Source: Centroscyllium fabricii (taxonomy: Eukaryota). Taken from it: 64,000 nucleotides of DNA. The stretch spans positions 22,754,001 to 22,818,000 of the forward strand of contig JBNRSN020000002.1 in assembly GCA_051313645.2 (NCBI GenBank). The letters run 5' to 3'. Under the pieces are notes generated by a model, which was not told the DNA's origin, did not search any database, and saw only the letters and a list, made by a program, of their open reading frames with translations. The translations under genes and the position numbers were made by a program. Of the stretch, positions 50,135-62,102 are shown one piece after another; positions within the stretch are counted from its first letter, which is position 1; each line of letters begins with the position of its first letter.

Positions 50135-50880
50135 AAACACAGAAGATAGGAGCAGGAGTAGGCCATTCGGCCCTTCGAGCCTGCTCCGCCATTCAATGAG
50201 ATCATGGCTGATCATCCAAACCCAGTACCCCGCCCCTGCCCTCTCCCCATATCCCTCGATCCCTATCGAGCCTGCACCGACACATATTCCCACCCTATCC
50301 CCGTAACCCCACATATTCAATCCCCCTAACACTAAGGGTCAATTTCAATTCAATTCAATCAATTCAAGTTTTATTGTCATTCCAGAGTACTAGTACAATA
50401 CAACGAGACGAAGACTCGACGCTCTCGAGAGTAGTGCAAATAAATTACATGCAAATTGCATACAGTAAAGTACATTATCAGGCGTGCAGGTACCGGAGTT
50501 TATTTTTAGAGTTCAGGAGGCTGACAGCCCTGGGGAAGAAGCTGTTCTGAAATCTAGTCGTGCGGGTGCGAATTGCTCTGTAGCGTCTCCCGGAGGGCAG
50601 GGGGGCGAACAGACTGTGGCTGGGGTGTTTGGGGTCTTTAATAATGTTCAGAGACCTCCGTAAGCAGCGTTTGAGGTAGATGCTTACCTCAAATCATGGC
50701 CAATCAACCTAACCCGCACATCTTTGGACTGTGGGAGGAAACCGGAGCACCCGGAGGAAACCCACGCAAACACGGGGAGAATGTGCAAACTCCACACAGA
50801 TAGTACCCGAGGCCGGATTTGAACCTGGGTCTCTAGTGCTGTGAAGCAACAGTGCTAACCACTATGCCACCATGCCGCCC
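50135..50880 (-). mobile_element. V-SINE split by a Rex1 3' fragment (50346-50692, -)
   Basis: aagggtcaattt|Rex1|atcatggcc versus uninterrupted aagggtcaatttatcatggcc in other copies. Confidence 0.85.
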
Positions 50881-51304
50881 TGCTGCTGACTCCAGCCATC
50901 ACTTTTCCTGATTATTGAGAGATGGTTGATGGGGCAGCAATTGGCCAGGATAGATAACCTGTTTTTTTTTTGTGGACAGAACATAACCGGGCAATCTTCT
51001 GCACAGTTGGGCAGATACCAGTGTCAAAGCTGCACTTGTCCAGATTGGCTGCGGAAGCAGCTAGCTCTGGTGGACAGGTCTTCAGCACTACAGCTGTTTT
51101 GGTCCATTGCACTCGCTCTCTTCTTTGGAATGAACCAAACTGGCTGACATTGGCAACTATGGTAATAAGACTTCAGCAGGACTGAAAGTCGGATCCTCCA
51201 CTCGGCATTTTGGGCTGAAGACACTTGCAAACACCTCAGCCTTGTCTCTTGCACAGACATGCTCGGTCTCACATGGTTACAGTCATAGATGGACAGCACA
51301 AAAA

Positions 51305-52735
51305 TATAAGAACATAAGTATGAGCAGGAGGCGGCCATACGGCCCCTCGGGCCTGCTCTGCCATTCAACAGGATCAGGGCTGATCCGACTTAGACTCACG
51401 TCCACTTCCCTGCCCGTTCCCCGTAACCCCTTATTCCCTTATCAGCTAGGAAACTGCCTATCTCCGTTTTAAATTTATTTAATGTCGCAGCTTCCACAGC
51501 TCTCTGAGGTAGCAAATTCCATAGATTTACTACCCTCTGAGTGAAGAAGTTTCTCCTCATCTCAGTTTTGAAAGGGCAGCCCCTGATTCTAAGATTATGC
51601 CCCCCAAAGTTCCAGTCTCACCCATCAGTGGAAACATCCTTACCGCATCCACCCGATTAATCCCCCTCACAATCTTACACGTTTCGATAAGATCCCCTCT
51701 CATTCTTCTGAATTCCAATGAGTAGAAGCCCAATCTAGTCAACCATTCCTCATAAGTCAACCCCCTCATCTCCGGAATCAACCGAGTGAACCTTCTCTGA
51801 ACTGCCTCGAGAGCATGTGTATCCTTCCTTGCATATGGAAACCAAAACTGTACGCAGTATTCCAGGTGTGGCCTCACCAGTACCCTGTATAACTGCAGCA
51901 AGACTTCCCTGCTTTTATACTCCATCCCCCTAGCAATAAAAGCCAAGATTCCATTGGCCTTCCAGAGGTCATTCGGCCCATCGTGTCTGCGCCGGCCATC
52001 AAGCCCTGTCTGTTCCAATCCCATTTTCTAGCACTTGGTCCGTAGCCTTGTATGCTGTGGCATTTCAAGTGCCCATCTAAATGCTTCTTGAATGTTGAGG
52101 GTTCCTGCCTCGACCACCCTTTCAGGCAGTGAGTTCCCGATTCCAACCACCCTCTGGGTGAAAAAGTTCTTCCTCAAATCCCCGCTAAACCTCCTGCCCC
52201 TTACCCTGATACTATGCCTCCTGGTTATTGACCGCTCCACCAAGGGGAAAAGATCCCCTCTACCCTATTTATGCCCCTCATAATTATAATTTTGTACACC
52301 TCAATCAGGTCCCCCATCAGCCTTCTCTGCTCTGAGGAAAACAACCCCAGCCTGTCCAGTCTCTCCTCATAGCTGAAGCGCTCCAGCCCAGGTAACATCC
52401 TGGTGAATCTCCTCTGCACCCTCTCCAAGGCAATCACATCCCTCCTATAGTGTGACGACCAGAACTGCACACAGTACTCCAGCTGTGGCCTTACCAGTGT
52501 TTTGTACAGCTCCATCATAACCTCCCTGCTCTTATATTCCATGCCTCGGCTAATGAAGGCAAGTACTCCATATGCCTTTTTAACCACCTTATCTACCTGT
52601 CCTGCTGCCTTCAGGGATCTATGTACATGTACACCAAGGTCCCTCTGATCCTCTGTCCTTCCTAGGGTCTTAGCATTCATTGTGTATTCCCTTGCCTGGT
52701 TCGTCCTCCCACAATGCATCACCTCACTTTTCAGG
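51305..52735 (-). mobile_element. Two tandem CR1 3' fragments
   Basis: ORFs 51557-51960 and 52028-52722. Confidence 0.85.
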
Positions 52736-53248
52736 ACAGGGATGTCGAGTCGTCGCCTCCTTTTAGTTGCCTGGTTGTTACTCTCGTCAACTGGATGCGG
52801 TGGGGCTACAGCGTGTTGCTCTGATCTATTGGTCTGGGATTGCTTAGCTGTCCATCGCCTACTGCTTTTGGCTTTTAAGCTGGTAGCTTTTCTCGATTAT
52901 TCCTCATTCTACAGTAGAGCTGGTGATGCTCCTGACATATCATAGAATGAGGAATTGAATGAGGATTAGTCTCCTGGCTTGATAGTGATCAATGACTGGA
53001 GGGAGTGCCAGGATATGAGAGGACATAACTTGGCAATCATCTACACTCTCGGGTAGATTATCCGTCTCTTCACTTGCAATGGGAAACAATTCTACAACTG
53101 CTAATGGCCCACAGCACTTCCTGGTACAGATCCCACATCGCACCCCTCTTGTGAGTTGAGGACAGCAGCTGATAGAGAGAAAATTGAGGCAAAGACTTGC
53201 ATAAAAAATTAGACATTGTGTGTTGAAAGGGGAAGACCAAATACTCAC

Positions 53249-53332
53249 TGTCCTTCAATAAGCCATGTACATTTTGTTTTGTATTTGTAGTTCCCAGGTC
53301 CATCAGTAAGATATCCAAATGGCCCAGTTAAT
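53249..53332 (-). CDS. ATRN: Attractin-family coding exon (start of CUB domain)
   Basis: 84-bp exon, cag|ATTAACT...GGACA|gtgagt; translates (R)LTGPFGYLTDGPGNYKYKTKCTWLIEG(Q). GPGNYKY and EGQPN fit ATRN better than ATRNL1 (from recall of the human proteins). Confidence 0.9.
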
Positions 53333-53429
53333 CTGTGAATTAAACAAAATTACAGTTATTACGTTAAAGGCTTCTTTTACAGTGTGACACATGTATCTAA
53401 AAAAGGTATGATTAATTATCAACTTAGCA

Positions 53430-55890
53430 ATTTATAATGGGGAACAAAGAAATGGTAGACCAATTAAATACATACTATTGTTCAGTCTTCACAAAGGAGG
53501 ACACAAATAACCTCCCAGAGATTTTGGAGAACATAGAGTCTAATGAGAGGGAGAAATTGAATGAAATCAGTATTTGTAGGGAAATGGTGTTCGGAAAATT
53601 GACAGGATTGAAGGCTGATAAATCCCCAGGGCCTGATAATCTACATCGTAGGGTAAATAAGGAAGTGGCCCGAGAAATAGTAGACTCTGGAATAGTTCCC
53701 ATGAATTGGAGGGTAGCTAATGTTGCCCCACTATTCAAAAAAGGTGGTTGAGAGCAAACAGGGAATTATAGCCGGACATCGGTAGTGGGGAAAATGCTAG
53801 AGTCCATTATAAAAGATGTAATAGCTGAGCACTTGGAAATCAGTGACAGGATCGGACAAAGTCAACATGGATTTACAAAAGGTAAATCGTGCTCGACTAA
53901 TCTACTGGAGTTTTTTGAGGATGTACCACGGTGGCATAGTGGTTAGCACTGTTGCCTCACAGCACTGGAGACCCGGGTTCAAATCCGGCCTCGGGTGACT
54001 ATCTGTGTGGAGTTTGCACATTCTCCCCGTGTCTGCGTGGGTTTTCTCCGGGTGCTCCGGTTTCCTCCCACAGTCCAAAGATGTGCGGGTTAGGTTGATT
54101 GGCATGGATAAATTGACCTTTAGTGTTAGGGGGATTAAATATGTGGGGTGACAGGGATAGGGTGGGATATGTGTCGGTGCAGGCTCGATAGGGATATGGG
54201 GAGAGGGCTGGGACGGGGTGCTGGGTTTGGATGATCAGCCATGATCTCAATGAATGGCAGAGCAGGCTCGAAGGGCCGAATGGCCTACTCCTGCTCATAT
54301 CTTCTATGTTTACCATCTACAAGATGCACTGCAGCAACTCGCCAAAAGCTCCTTCAGCAGCACCTTCAAAACCCACGACCTCTACCACTTAGAAGGACAA
54401 GGGCAGCAGACGCATGGGAACAGCACCACCTACAAGTTCCCCTCCAAGCCACACACCATCCTGACTTGGACCTGTATCGCCGCTCCTTCACTGTCGCTGG
54501 GCCAAAATCCTGGAACTCCCTTCCCAACAACATTGTGGGTGTACCTACACCATACGGACTGCAGCGGTTCAAGAAGGTGGCTCACCACCATCTTCTCCAG
54601 GGCAATTAGGGATGGGCACTAAATGCAGGCCTAGCCAGCCAGCGCCGCCCACATCCCATCAATGAATAAAAAAATAAAAAATAAAACTGGTAGAATAGAA
54701 AAGGGAGAACCAGTGGATGTGGTGTACTTGGATTCTCAGTAGGCTTTCAATAAGGACCCGCATAAGAGATTGGCGTGCAAAGTTAACGCACATGGGATTG
54801 GGGGTACGATACTGACTTGGATAGAGAACTGATTGGTGGACAGGAAGCAAAAAGTTGGAATAAACGGGTCTTTTTCCGAGTGGCAGGCGGTGACTAGTGG
54901 GGTATCGCAGGGTTCGGTGCTAGGACCCTAGCTATTCACAATATATATTAATGATCTAGACGAGGGAACTAGAAGTGATATCTCCAAGTTTGCAGACGAC
55001 ACAAAGCTGGGTGGGCGTGTGTGCTGTGAGGAGGATGCAGAGAAACTCCAGTATGATTTGGACAGGTTGGGTGATTGGGCAGATGCAGTATAATGTGGAT
55101 AAATGTGAGGTTATCCACTTTGGTGGCAAAAACAGGAAGACAGATTATCAGAACGGCAATAGATTGGGAAAAGGGGAAGTGCAACAAGACCTGGGTGCCC
55201 TTGTGCACCAGTCGCTGAAGGTAAGCATGCAGGTGCAGCAGACGGTTAAGAAGGCAAATGGTGTGTTGGCCTTCATAGCGAGAGGATTCTAGTACAGGAG
55301 CAAGGATGTCTTGCTGCAGTTGTACAGGGCCCTGGTGAGACCACACCTGGAGTATTGTGTGCAGTTTTGGTCGCCTTATCCGAGGATGGATGTTCTTGCC
55401 ATGGAGGGAGTGCAGCGAAGATTCATCAGGCTGATACATGGGATGGCAGGAATGACGTATGAGGAGAGATTGGGTCGATTGGGCTTATACTCGCTGGAGT
55501 TTAGATGAGAGGGGATCTCATTGAAACTTCTAAAATTCTAACAGGACTAGACAGACTAGATGCAGGAAGGATGCCCTCGATGGCAGGGGAGTCCAGAACC
55601 AGGGGTCACAGTCTAAAGATAAGGGGTAAGCCATTTAGGACAGAGATGAGGAGGAATTTCTTCACCCAGAGAGTGGCGAACCTCTGGAATTCTTTGCCAC
55701 AGAAGACAGTTGAGGCCAACTTATTAAATATATTCCAGAAGGAGTCGGATATATTTCTTAAGGCTAAAGGGATCAAGGGATATGGGGAGAAGGCAGGGAC
55801 AGGGTACTGAATTTGGATGATCAGCCATGATCACATTGAATGGCGAACAGGCTCGAGGGGCCGAACGGCCTACTCCTATCTTCTATGTTT
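53430..55890 (+). mobile_element. Decayed CR1 interrupted by a V-SINE (53926-54310) and a LINE 3' end (54311-54680)
   Basis: LEFFEDV| ... |RIEKGEPVDVVY continuity across the insertions. Confidence 0.82.
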
Positions 55891-56924
55891 TAACTTCTGG
55901 GGGCGGGGGGGGGGGGTGATGGAGTGCATCGAAGAAAGAGAGGGAGGATAGTACAGCTAAAGAATGACTAATCATGGTTCCACACAAATAAGACAATTTT
56001 TCCTGAAGCCTGCAGCTACCTATACATTAATTAAGGCTGTTGACAACACCCTATTAGATGAATGACAAGGTGAGCAACAACTGCAGTCCATTATAAATCT
56101 GTACTACACAGGGGAAAATAGTTAAGCGCAGAAGAGCAAAAACACGTCACTATAAACTCTGGGAAGTGAAAGCCATATGATTGGATTGCCATCTTGCATA
56201 CTTACATTTTGAAAAATCCAACAATTCTACAATTTATTAAGACAGCTCTGCGAACATGCATTACAGTGTTGATGCAGAATAAATGTGTTAACCCATATCT
56301 GCAGTCGTACAATGCTGGATCTAACACTGACCCCAAAAATTCTCCCTCCCTTCGGCAATCCCTCGGAACCGAGGATGACTTAATTTACCCCCCAAAAAAT
56401 ACCCGAAGAATACGCTCACTGCAGTGGGGCAGAGCTCGGGTCTCAAGCCCCCCGATAGCACGTCATAGCAGAAAACTCAGCAGAGTTTGGTTTTGATTCA
56501 GACCTGCCAATTCAGATCACGTTATGACGACAAGCAGAAGTCATGTTTCAGGACAGTGATCTTTCACAACTTTCGGTAAGGCTGTTGCTGCCTTTAATCT
56601 TTATTAAAAAGAGGAAAAGCAGTCCTCATGAAAGTCACTCATGGAAATTCGCAGTTTCATGTAAACCATGGGAGATATTCAAGTGCTGGAGGCGCGAGGC
56701 TAATCCCTCGCGTCAGGAATCTGGGTGACTGTGTTCTTTTTAACTGTTGGAACTCTGCTCATATTTCCTCGACTCCATCAGGAATGTGCTGCTCTGCTGG
56801 ACATCACTGTCAACCACAGCTGCTGTGACTCTGCTCTGTACCTCAACCGTGTGAGGTTTAACGTAACCCAATCCAGTCTACTGCGATTGCCTTCTGGGCT
56901 TCAGGACTGTATTCTTATTTGTTG

Positions 56925-57398
56925 ATGGGATGTGGGCGTCGCTGGCTGGCTGGGCCTGCATTTAGTGCCCATCCCTAATTGCCCTTGAGAAGATGGTGGT
57001 GAGCCGCCTTCTTGAACCGCTGCAGTCCTTTAGTGCAGCTACACCCAAAATGTTGCGTAGCGGTTGTTTACAACTGAGTGGCTTGCTGGGCCATTTCAGA
57101 GGGCATTAAGAGTCAACCACATTGCTGTGGGTCTGGAGTCACATGTAGGCCAGACCAGGTAAGGACAGCAGATTTCCTTCCCTGAAGGAAAGTAGTGAAC
57201 CAGATGGGTTTTTGCAACAATCGACAATGGTATCATGGTCGCCATTACTAAGACTAACATTTAATTACAGAATTAAACTGAATTGAATTTAAATTCCACC
57301 AGCTGCCGTGGTGGGATTTGAACCCATATCCTCAGAGCATTTGACTGAGCCTCTGGCTTACTAGTCCGGTGAAATCACCACTACGCCACTGTCTCCCA
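56925..57398 (-). mobile_element. tRNA-derived SINE (27005 family)
   Basis: Reverse complement of 27005-27450. Confidence 0.82.
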
Positions 57399-57966
57399 GT
57401 TCTGCACCGTTAGATTCGCAGCTTTACTCTGGACATAACTACGGCTCCTTCTAGGCTGAAGTCCATTTCTCTATTGGCTTCTGGGCTCTACTGTGACATC
57501 GTTCACTGCCAGTTTCTACTGAGACTATTTTCTGTTCGACTGCCTCCATTCTGCTGCCTGGTTTGCTTCTATGGGCTGCTTTCTACTCTGCTTGGAATTA
57601 TTTTACTTTAAACCGAGCTAGCTTTGTTCTGTCCCCCATCTGCTCCTCTTCCCAAGTGAGAACCAATGATGGAGCGCTGGGCATACAGACAGTACAAGCA
57701 TGAGAAGAATTTTAAATCCAAGATGGTAGAGTTTTGTTAACCAAAGGTATTCTGGGATATGGGGCAAATGCAGCATTTTTTTTTTTATTCGTTTATGGGA
57801 TGTGGGCATCACTGGCAAGGCCAGCATTTATTGCCCATGCTAACTGACGCCCAGTTTGGGTTCCACCAGGGCCACTCAGCTCCTAACCTCATTACAGCCT
57901 TGGTCCAAACATGGACAAAAGAGCTGAACTCAAGAGGTGAGGTGATAGTGACTGCCCCTGACATCA

Positions 57967-59613
57967 TTACAAGGGATTACCATTACAAGGGAAGAAGTTC
58001 TAGAAATCTTGGGAGGCTTAAAGGTGGACAAATCACCAGGGCCGGACGCAATGTTCCCCAGGCTGCTGTTCGAGGCCAGGGAGGAGCTTGCGGGCCCCCT
58101 GTCTCAAATCTTCAGGACCTCTCTCGCGTCAGGGGATGTGCCTGAGGACTGGAGAACGGCTAATGTAGTACCCTTGTTTAAAAAGGGTAGTAGGGACAAA
58201 CCGGGCAACTACAGGCCAATCAGTCTTACATCTGTAGTGGGGAAAGTAATGGAAAAAATTCTGAGGGATAAAATCAGTTCGCATTTGGACAACCAAGGTC
58301 TAATAAGAGACAGTCAGCATGGCTTCGTCAAAGGTAAGTCGTGCCTGACCAATCTGTTGGAATTCTTCGAGGAAGTAACAAAGAGGGTGGATGAAGGGAG
58401 TACTGTGGACGTAGTATATATGGACTTTAGCAAAGCTTTTGATAAAGTCCCACATAGGAGACTAATAACAAAGGTTAGAGCGCACGGGATACAGGGTAAC
58501 TTGGCACAGTGGATCGAAAACTGGCTGGGGGATAGGAGACAAAGGGTAATGGTAGAGGGCTGCTTCTGTGACTGGAAACCAGTAACCAGTGGCGTCCCCC
58601 AAGGATCGGTTTTGGGACCCTTACTGTTTCTAGTATACATCAACGATTTGGATATGGGAGTAGGGGGTACAATCAGCAAATTCGCTGATGATACTAAAAT
58701 CGGAAGGGTGGTAAACAACGATGAGGATAGTAAGGGGCTTCAGGAGGATATAGATATAATGGTTAATTGGGCAGAAAAATGGCAAATGGAGTTCAACCCA
58801 GAGAAATGCGAGGTCATTCAATTCGGTAGACCAAATGGGGTAAGGGAATATACCATGAACAACAAAACGTTAAATAGGACCGAGGAGCAGAGGGACCTGG
58901 GGGTACAGGTGCACAGCTCCCTGAAGGTTGCTGGACACGTTAACAAGGTGGTTAAGAAGGCATACGGAATCCTCGCCTTTATTAACCAGGGCATAGTATA
59001 CAAAAGTAGGGAGGTAATGTTAAACCTGTATAACACACTGGTGAGACCTCAGCTGGAGTACTGTGTGCAGTTCTGGTCACCGCACTACAGGAAGGATGTG
59101 GCTGCCCTGGAGAGGGTGCAGAGAAGGTTTACCAGGATGATACCTGGTCTGGCGGACCTATGCTACGAGGAAAGGCTGGACAGGCTGGGGTTGTTTGCCT
59201 TGGAGAAAAGAAGGTGGAGGGGTGACATGATTGAGGTGTACAAGATCATGAGGGGACACGATAGGGTAGACAAAGGGGCATTGTTTCCCCTGGTGGGAGA
59301 GTCAAGCACTAGGGGACATAGATTCAAGATCAGGGGGGGGAGGTTTAGGGGGGAGGTAAGGAGAAATTTCTTTACCCAGAGGGTGGTGGAAGACTGGAAC
59401 TCCCTGCCTGTGAGGGTGGTGGAGGCAGGAACCATCACAACATTTAAAAAATACTTGGACCAGCACATGAAGGACCATAACATACAGGGTTATGGGCCAG
59501 GTGCGGGCAACTGGGGTTAGTACAGGGAGGAGTTCTCCTGGGCCGGTGCGGACTGGATGGGCCGAATGGCCCTTATCCGCACTGTAAAATTTCTATGATT
59601 CTATGATTCTATG
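57967..59613 (+). mobile_element. Young CR1, 5'-truncated, inserted in another LINE
   Basis: Uninterrupted 503-aa ORF2 C-half; (TTCTATGA)3 tail; host reads gacatca|...|atcaaggcagc. Confidence 0.93.
58009..59520 (+). CDS. CR1 ORF2 reverse transcriptase domain (partial, stop-free)
   Basis: KSPGPD, NYRPISLTS, DFSKAFD, GVPQGSVLGP, KFADDTK. Confidence 0.88.
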   Translation: MGGLKVDKSPGPDAMFPRLLFEAREELAGPLSQIFRTSLASGDVPEDWRTANVVPLFKKGSRDKPGNYRPISLTSVVGKVMEKILRDKISSHLDNQGLIRDSQHGFVKGKSCLTNLLEFFEEVTKRVDEGSTVDVVYMDFSKAFDKVPHRRLITKVRAHGIQGNLAQWIENWLGDRRQRVMVEGCFCDWKPVTSGVPQGSVLGPLLFLVYINDLDMGVGGTISKFADDTKIGRVVNNDEDSKGLQEDIDIMVNWAEKWQMEFNPEKCEVIQFGRPNGVREYTMNNKTLNRTEEQRDLGVQVHSSLKVAGHVNKVVKKAYGILAFINQGIVYKSREVMLNLYNTLVRPQLEYCVQFWSPHYRKDVAALERVQRRFTRMIPGLADLCYEERLDRLGLFALEKRRWRGDMIEVYKIMRGHDRVDKGALFPLVGESSTRGHRFKIRGGRFRGEVRRNFFTQRVVEDWNSLPVRVVEAGTITTFKKYLDQHMKDHNIQGYGPGAGNWG

Positions 59614-61050
59614 ATCAAGGCAGCATTTGATCGAGTGTGGCATCAAGGAGCCCTGGCAAAGCTGAAGTCAACAGGAATCAAGGGGAAAACTCTCTATTGG
59701 TTGGAATCATACCTAGCACAAAGGAAGTTCGCTGTGGTTGTTGGAGGTCATTCATCTCAACCACAGGACATCACTGCAGGAGTTCCTCAGGGCAGTGTCC
59801 TAGGCCCAACCATCTTCAGCTGTTTCATCAATGACCTTCCCTCCATCATAAGGTCAGAAGTGGGGATGTTCGCTGATGATTGCACACTGTTCAGCACCAT
59901 TCAAGACTCGTCAGGTACTGACGCAGTCCGTGTCCATATGCAGCAAGACCTGGACAACATTCAGACTTGGGCTGACAAGTGGCAAGTAACATTCGCACCA
60001 CACAAGTGCCAGGCAATGACCATCTCCAACAAGCGAGACTCTAACCATCTCCCCTTGACATTCAATGGCATTATCATCACTGCCCACTATCAACATCCTG
60101 GGGGGTTACCATTGATCGGAAACTGAACTGGACCAGTCATATAGGTGGGTTTGGAAGGTGCTGTTGAAGGAGCTTTGGTGAGTTGCTGCAGTGCATCTTG
60201 TAGATGGTACACACTGCAGCCACAGTGCGCCGGTGGTGGAGGGAGTGAATGTTGAAGGTGGTGGATGGAGTGCTAATCAAGCGGCCTGCTTTATCCTGAA
60301 TGGTGTCGAGCTTCTTGAGTGTTGTTGGAGCTGCACTCATCCAGGCAAGTGGAGAGTATTCCATCACACTCCTGACTTGTGCTTTGTGGATGGTGGAAAG
60401 ACTTTGGGGAGTCACGAGGTGAGACACTCGCTGCAATATATCAAACCGCTGACCTGCTCTTGTTGCCACAGTATTTATGTGGCTGGTCCAGTTCAGTTTC
60501 TTGTCGATGGTGATCCCCAGGATATTGATCGTGGGGGATTCGGCAATGCTAATGCCTTTGAATGTCAAGCGGCGGTGGTTAGATGCTCACTTGTTGAGAG
60601 ATATGATGTGGAGATGCTGGTGTTGGACTGGGGTGAACAAATGTAAGAAGTCACACAACACCAGGTTAAAGTCTAACAGCTTTATTTGAAATCACAAGCT
60701 TTCGGAGCGCTGCTCCTTCGTCAGGTGAAGTGTAGGAGTTGATACTTCACCTGACGAAGGAGCAGCGCTCCGAAAGCTTGTGATTTCAAATAAAGCTGTT
60801 GGACTGTAACCTGGTGTTGTGTGACTTCTTACATTTGTTGGAGGTAAGTCATTGCCTGGCACTTAAGTGGCAGGTAACATTTGCGCCACACATCAGCCCA
60901 AGCCTGAATGTCGTCCTGGTCTTGCTGCATGTGGGCATGGACTGCTGCATTATCTGAGGAGTTGCGAATGGCACTGAACACTGTGCAGTCATCAGCGAAC
61001 ATCCCCACTTCTGACTTTATAATGGAGGGAAGGCCACTGATGAAGCAGCT
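59614..61050. mobile_element. Second CR1/L2-group LINE family: plus fragment (59614-60140) and inverted fragment (60141-61050)
   Basis: AFDRVWH, GVPQGSVLGP, MFADD; QVRSVMEYSPLAW. Confidence 0.8.
60604..60838. mobile_element. Hammerhead fold-back element (motifs 60692-60728 -, 60747-60783 +)
   Basis: ~95-bp inverted arms; both cores intact: tcac-CTGACGA-a-ggagc(agc)gctcc-GAAAGCTT-gtga. Confidence 0.85.
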
Positions 61051-61566
61051 GTATCCAGTGGAGTGATTCGAATTGGCGGAAGACTGGATTCTGTGATGGT
61101 GGGGATCTCAGGAGGGTGCCTATATGGATCATCCACTCAGCACTTCTGGCTGAAGGTGGCTACAAACCCTTCAGCTTTGTCTTTTGCGGATCACAGATCA
61201 GCCATGATTGCACTGAATGGCAGAACAGGTGAGGGGCTGAATGGCCTACTCCTGTGCTTATGTTCCCAACAGCATTGCGAGAGGACCTTCCCCACATGGA
61301 CTGCAGTGGAAGAACGCCCACCGCCACCTTCTCGAGTGCAACTCGGGATGGGCAATAAATGCCGGCTTTGTCAGCGACGCCCAATTGGAAACAACCTCCT
61401 AACATTTTAATCACCTTATTTCATTTGAGCGAGTATAATTATCGGAAAACTGCACTGACCATTCATTAGGACAACCCAAAGCAGCATGATGAAAATATTT
61501 CAACAAATTTCCAGCAGTCATGCAGATGAAAAGAAATTGTAGCAAACTGATTTGCAGCACTTGCAC

Positions 61567-61611
61567 GCCCCGGCCTGCTAGTCTAGAACGCCCGATCCCA
61601 AGTCGACCTCG

Positions 61612-61644
<33 letters not shown>

Positions 61645-61790
61645 GGATGGGAGACCATCGGGGAAGACCAGGTGCAATAGCAGGCAGTGACCACGGAGGA
61701 GGCGCTAACGCGCGGTCAAAAAGCAGACCGTTAACCGGTCTGTTAAAAACTCCATCCACCACTTCGAAAGAAGACACGATAAGAAGAAGA
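61567..61790 (+). mobile_element. 5S rRNA-derived SINE (SINE3-type), full length
   Basis: cgcccgatc...ctcggaagctaagcagagtcaggcctggtcagtacttggatgggagacc (5S boxes A/IE/C); (AAG)n tail; TSD agcacttgcac at 61556-61566 and 61791-61801. Confidence 0.9.
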
Positions 61791-62102
61791 AGCACTTGCA
61801 CGGTTATTAATGAGCGTCTTTCTGGTTTCAGATTTTTTGTGCAAATCAAATGGATGGAGTAAAACTTTGGTATAAATACGTAATTCAGATGAAAATTTAA
61901 CCGCAGGGCATTACTGCGATGTTCTAAATGAGGTGCTCGGAGAGCTTTTTTATTGTAGTGACGCACTCAGTATTTCACGGGCACTCAAGTTACTTTGATG
62001 CTCGTTAACACTGAACAACACTGTCCTTCAGCATTGAACAACGCGGCTTCTTAAACTATTACTGAAGAAAAACTAACAGCAGTAAGTAAAAGATCACATG
62101 TA

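Noticed and set aside
56195-56300. Minus-strand gtaagt donor as a candidate ATRN first exon
   Set aside because: Upstream translation does not give the expected EGF-like CQHC.GRF end; exon 1 is probably outside the window
61567-61685. Possible 5S rRNA gene
   Set aside because: Diverged ends, no T-run terminator, fused to a body and (AAG)n tail with TSD: a SINE
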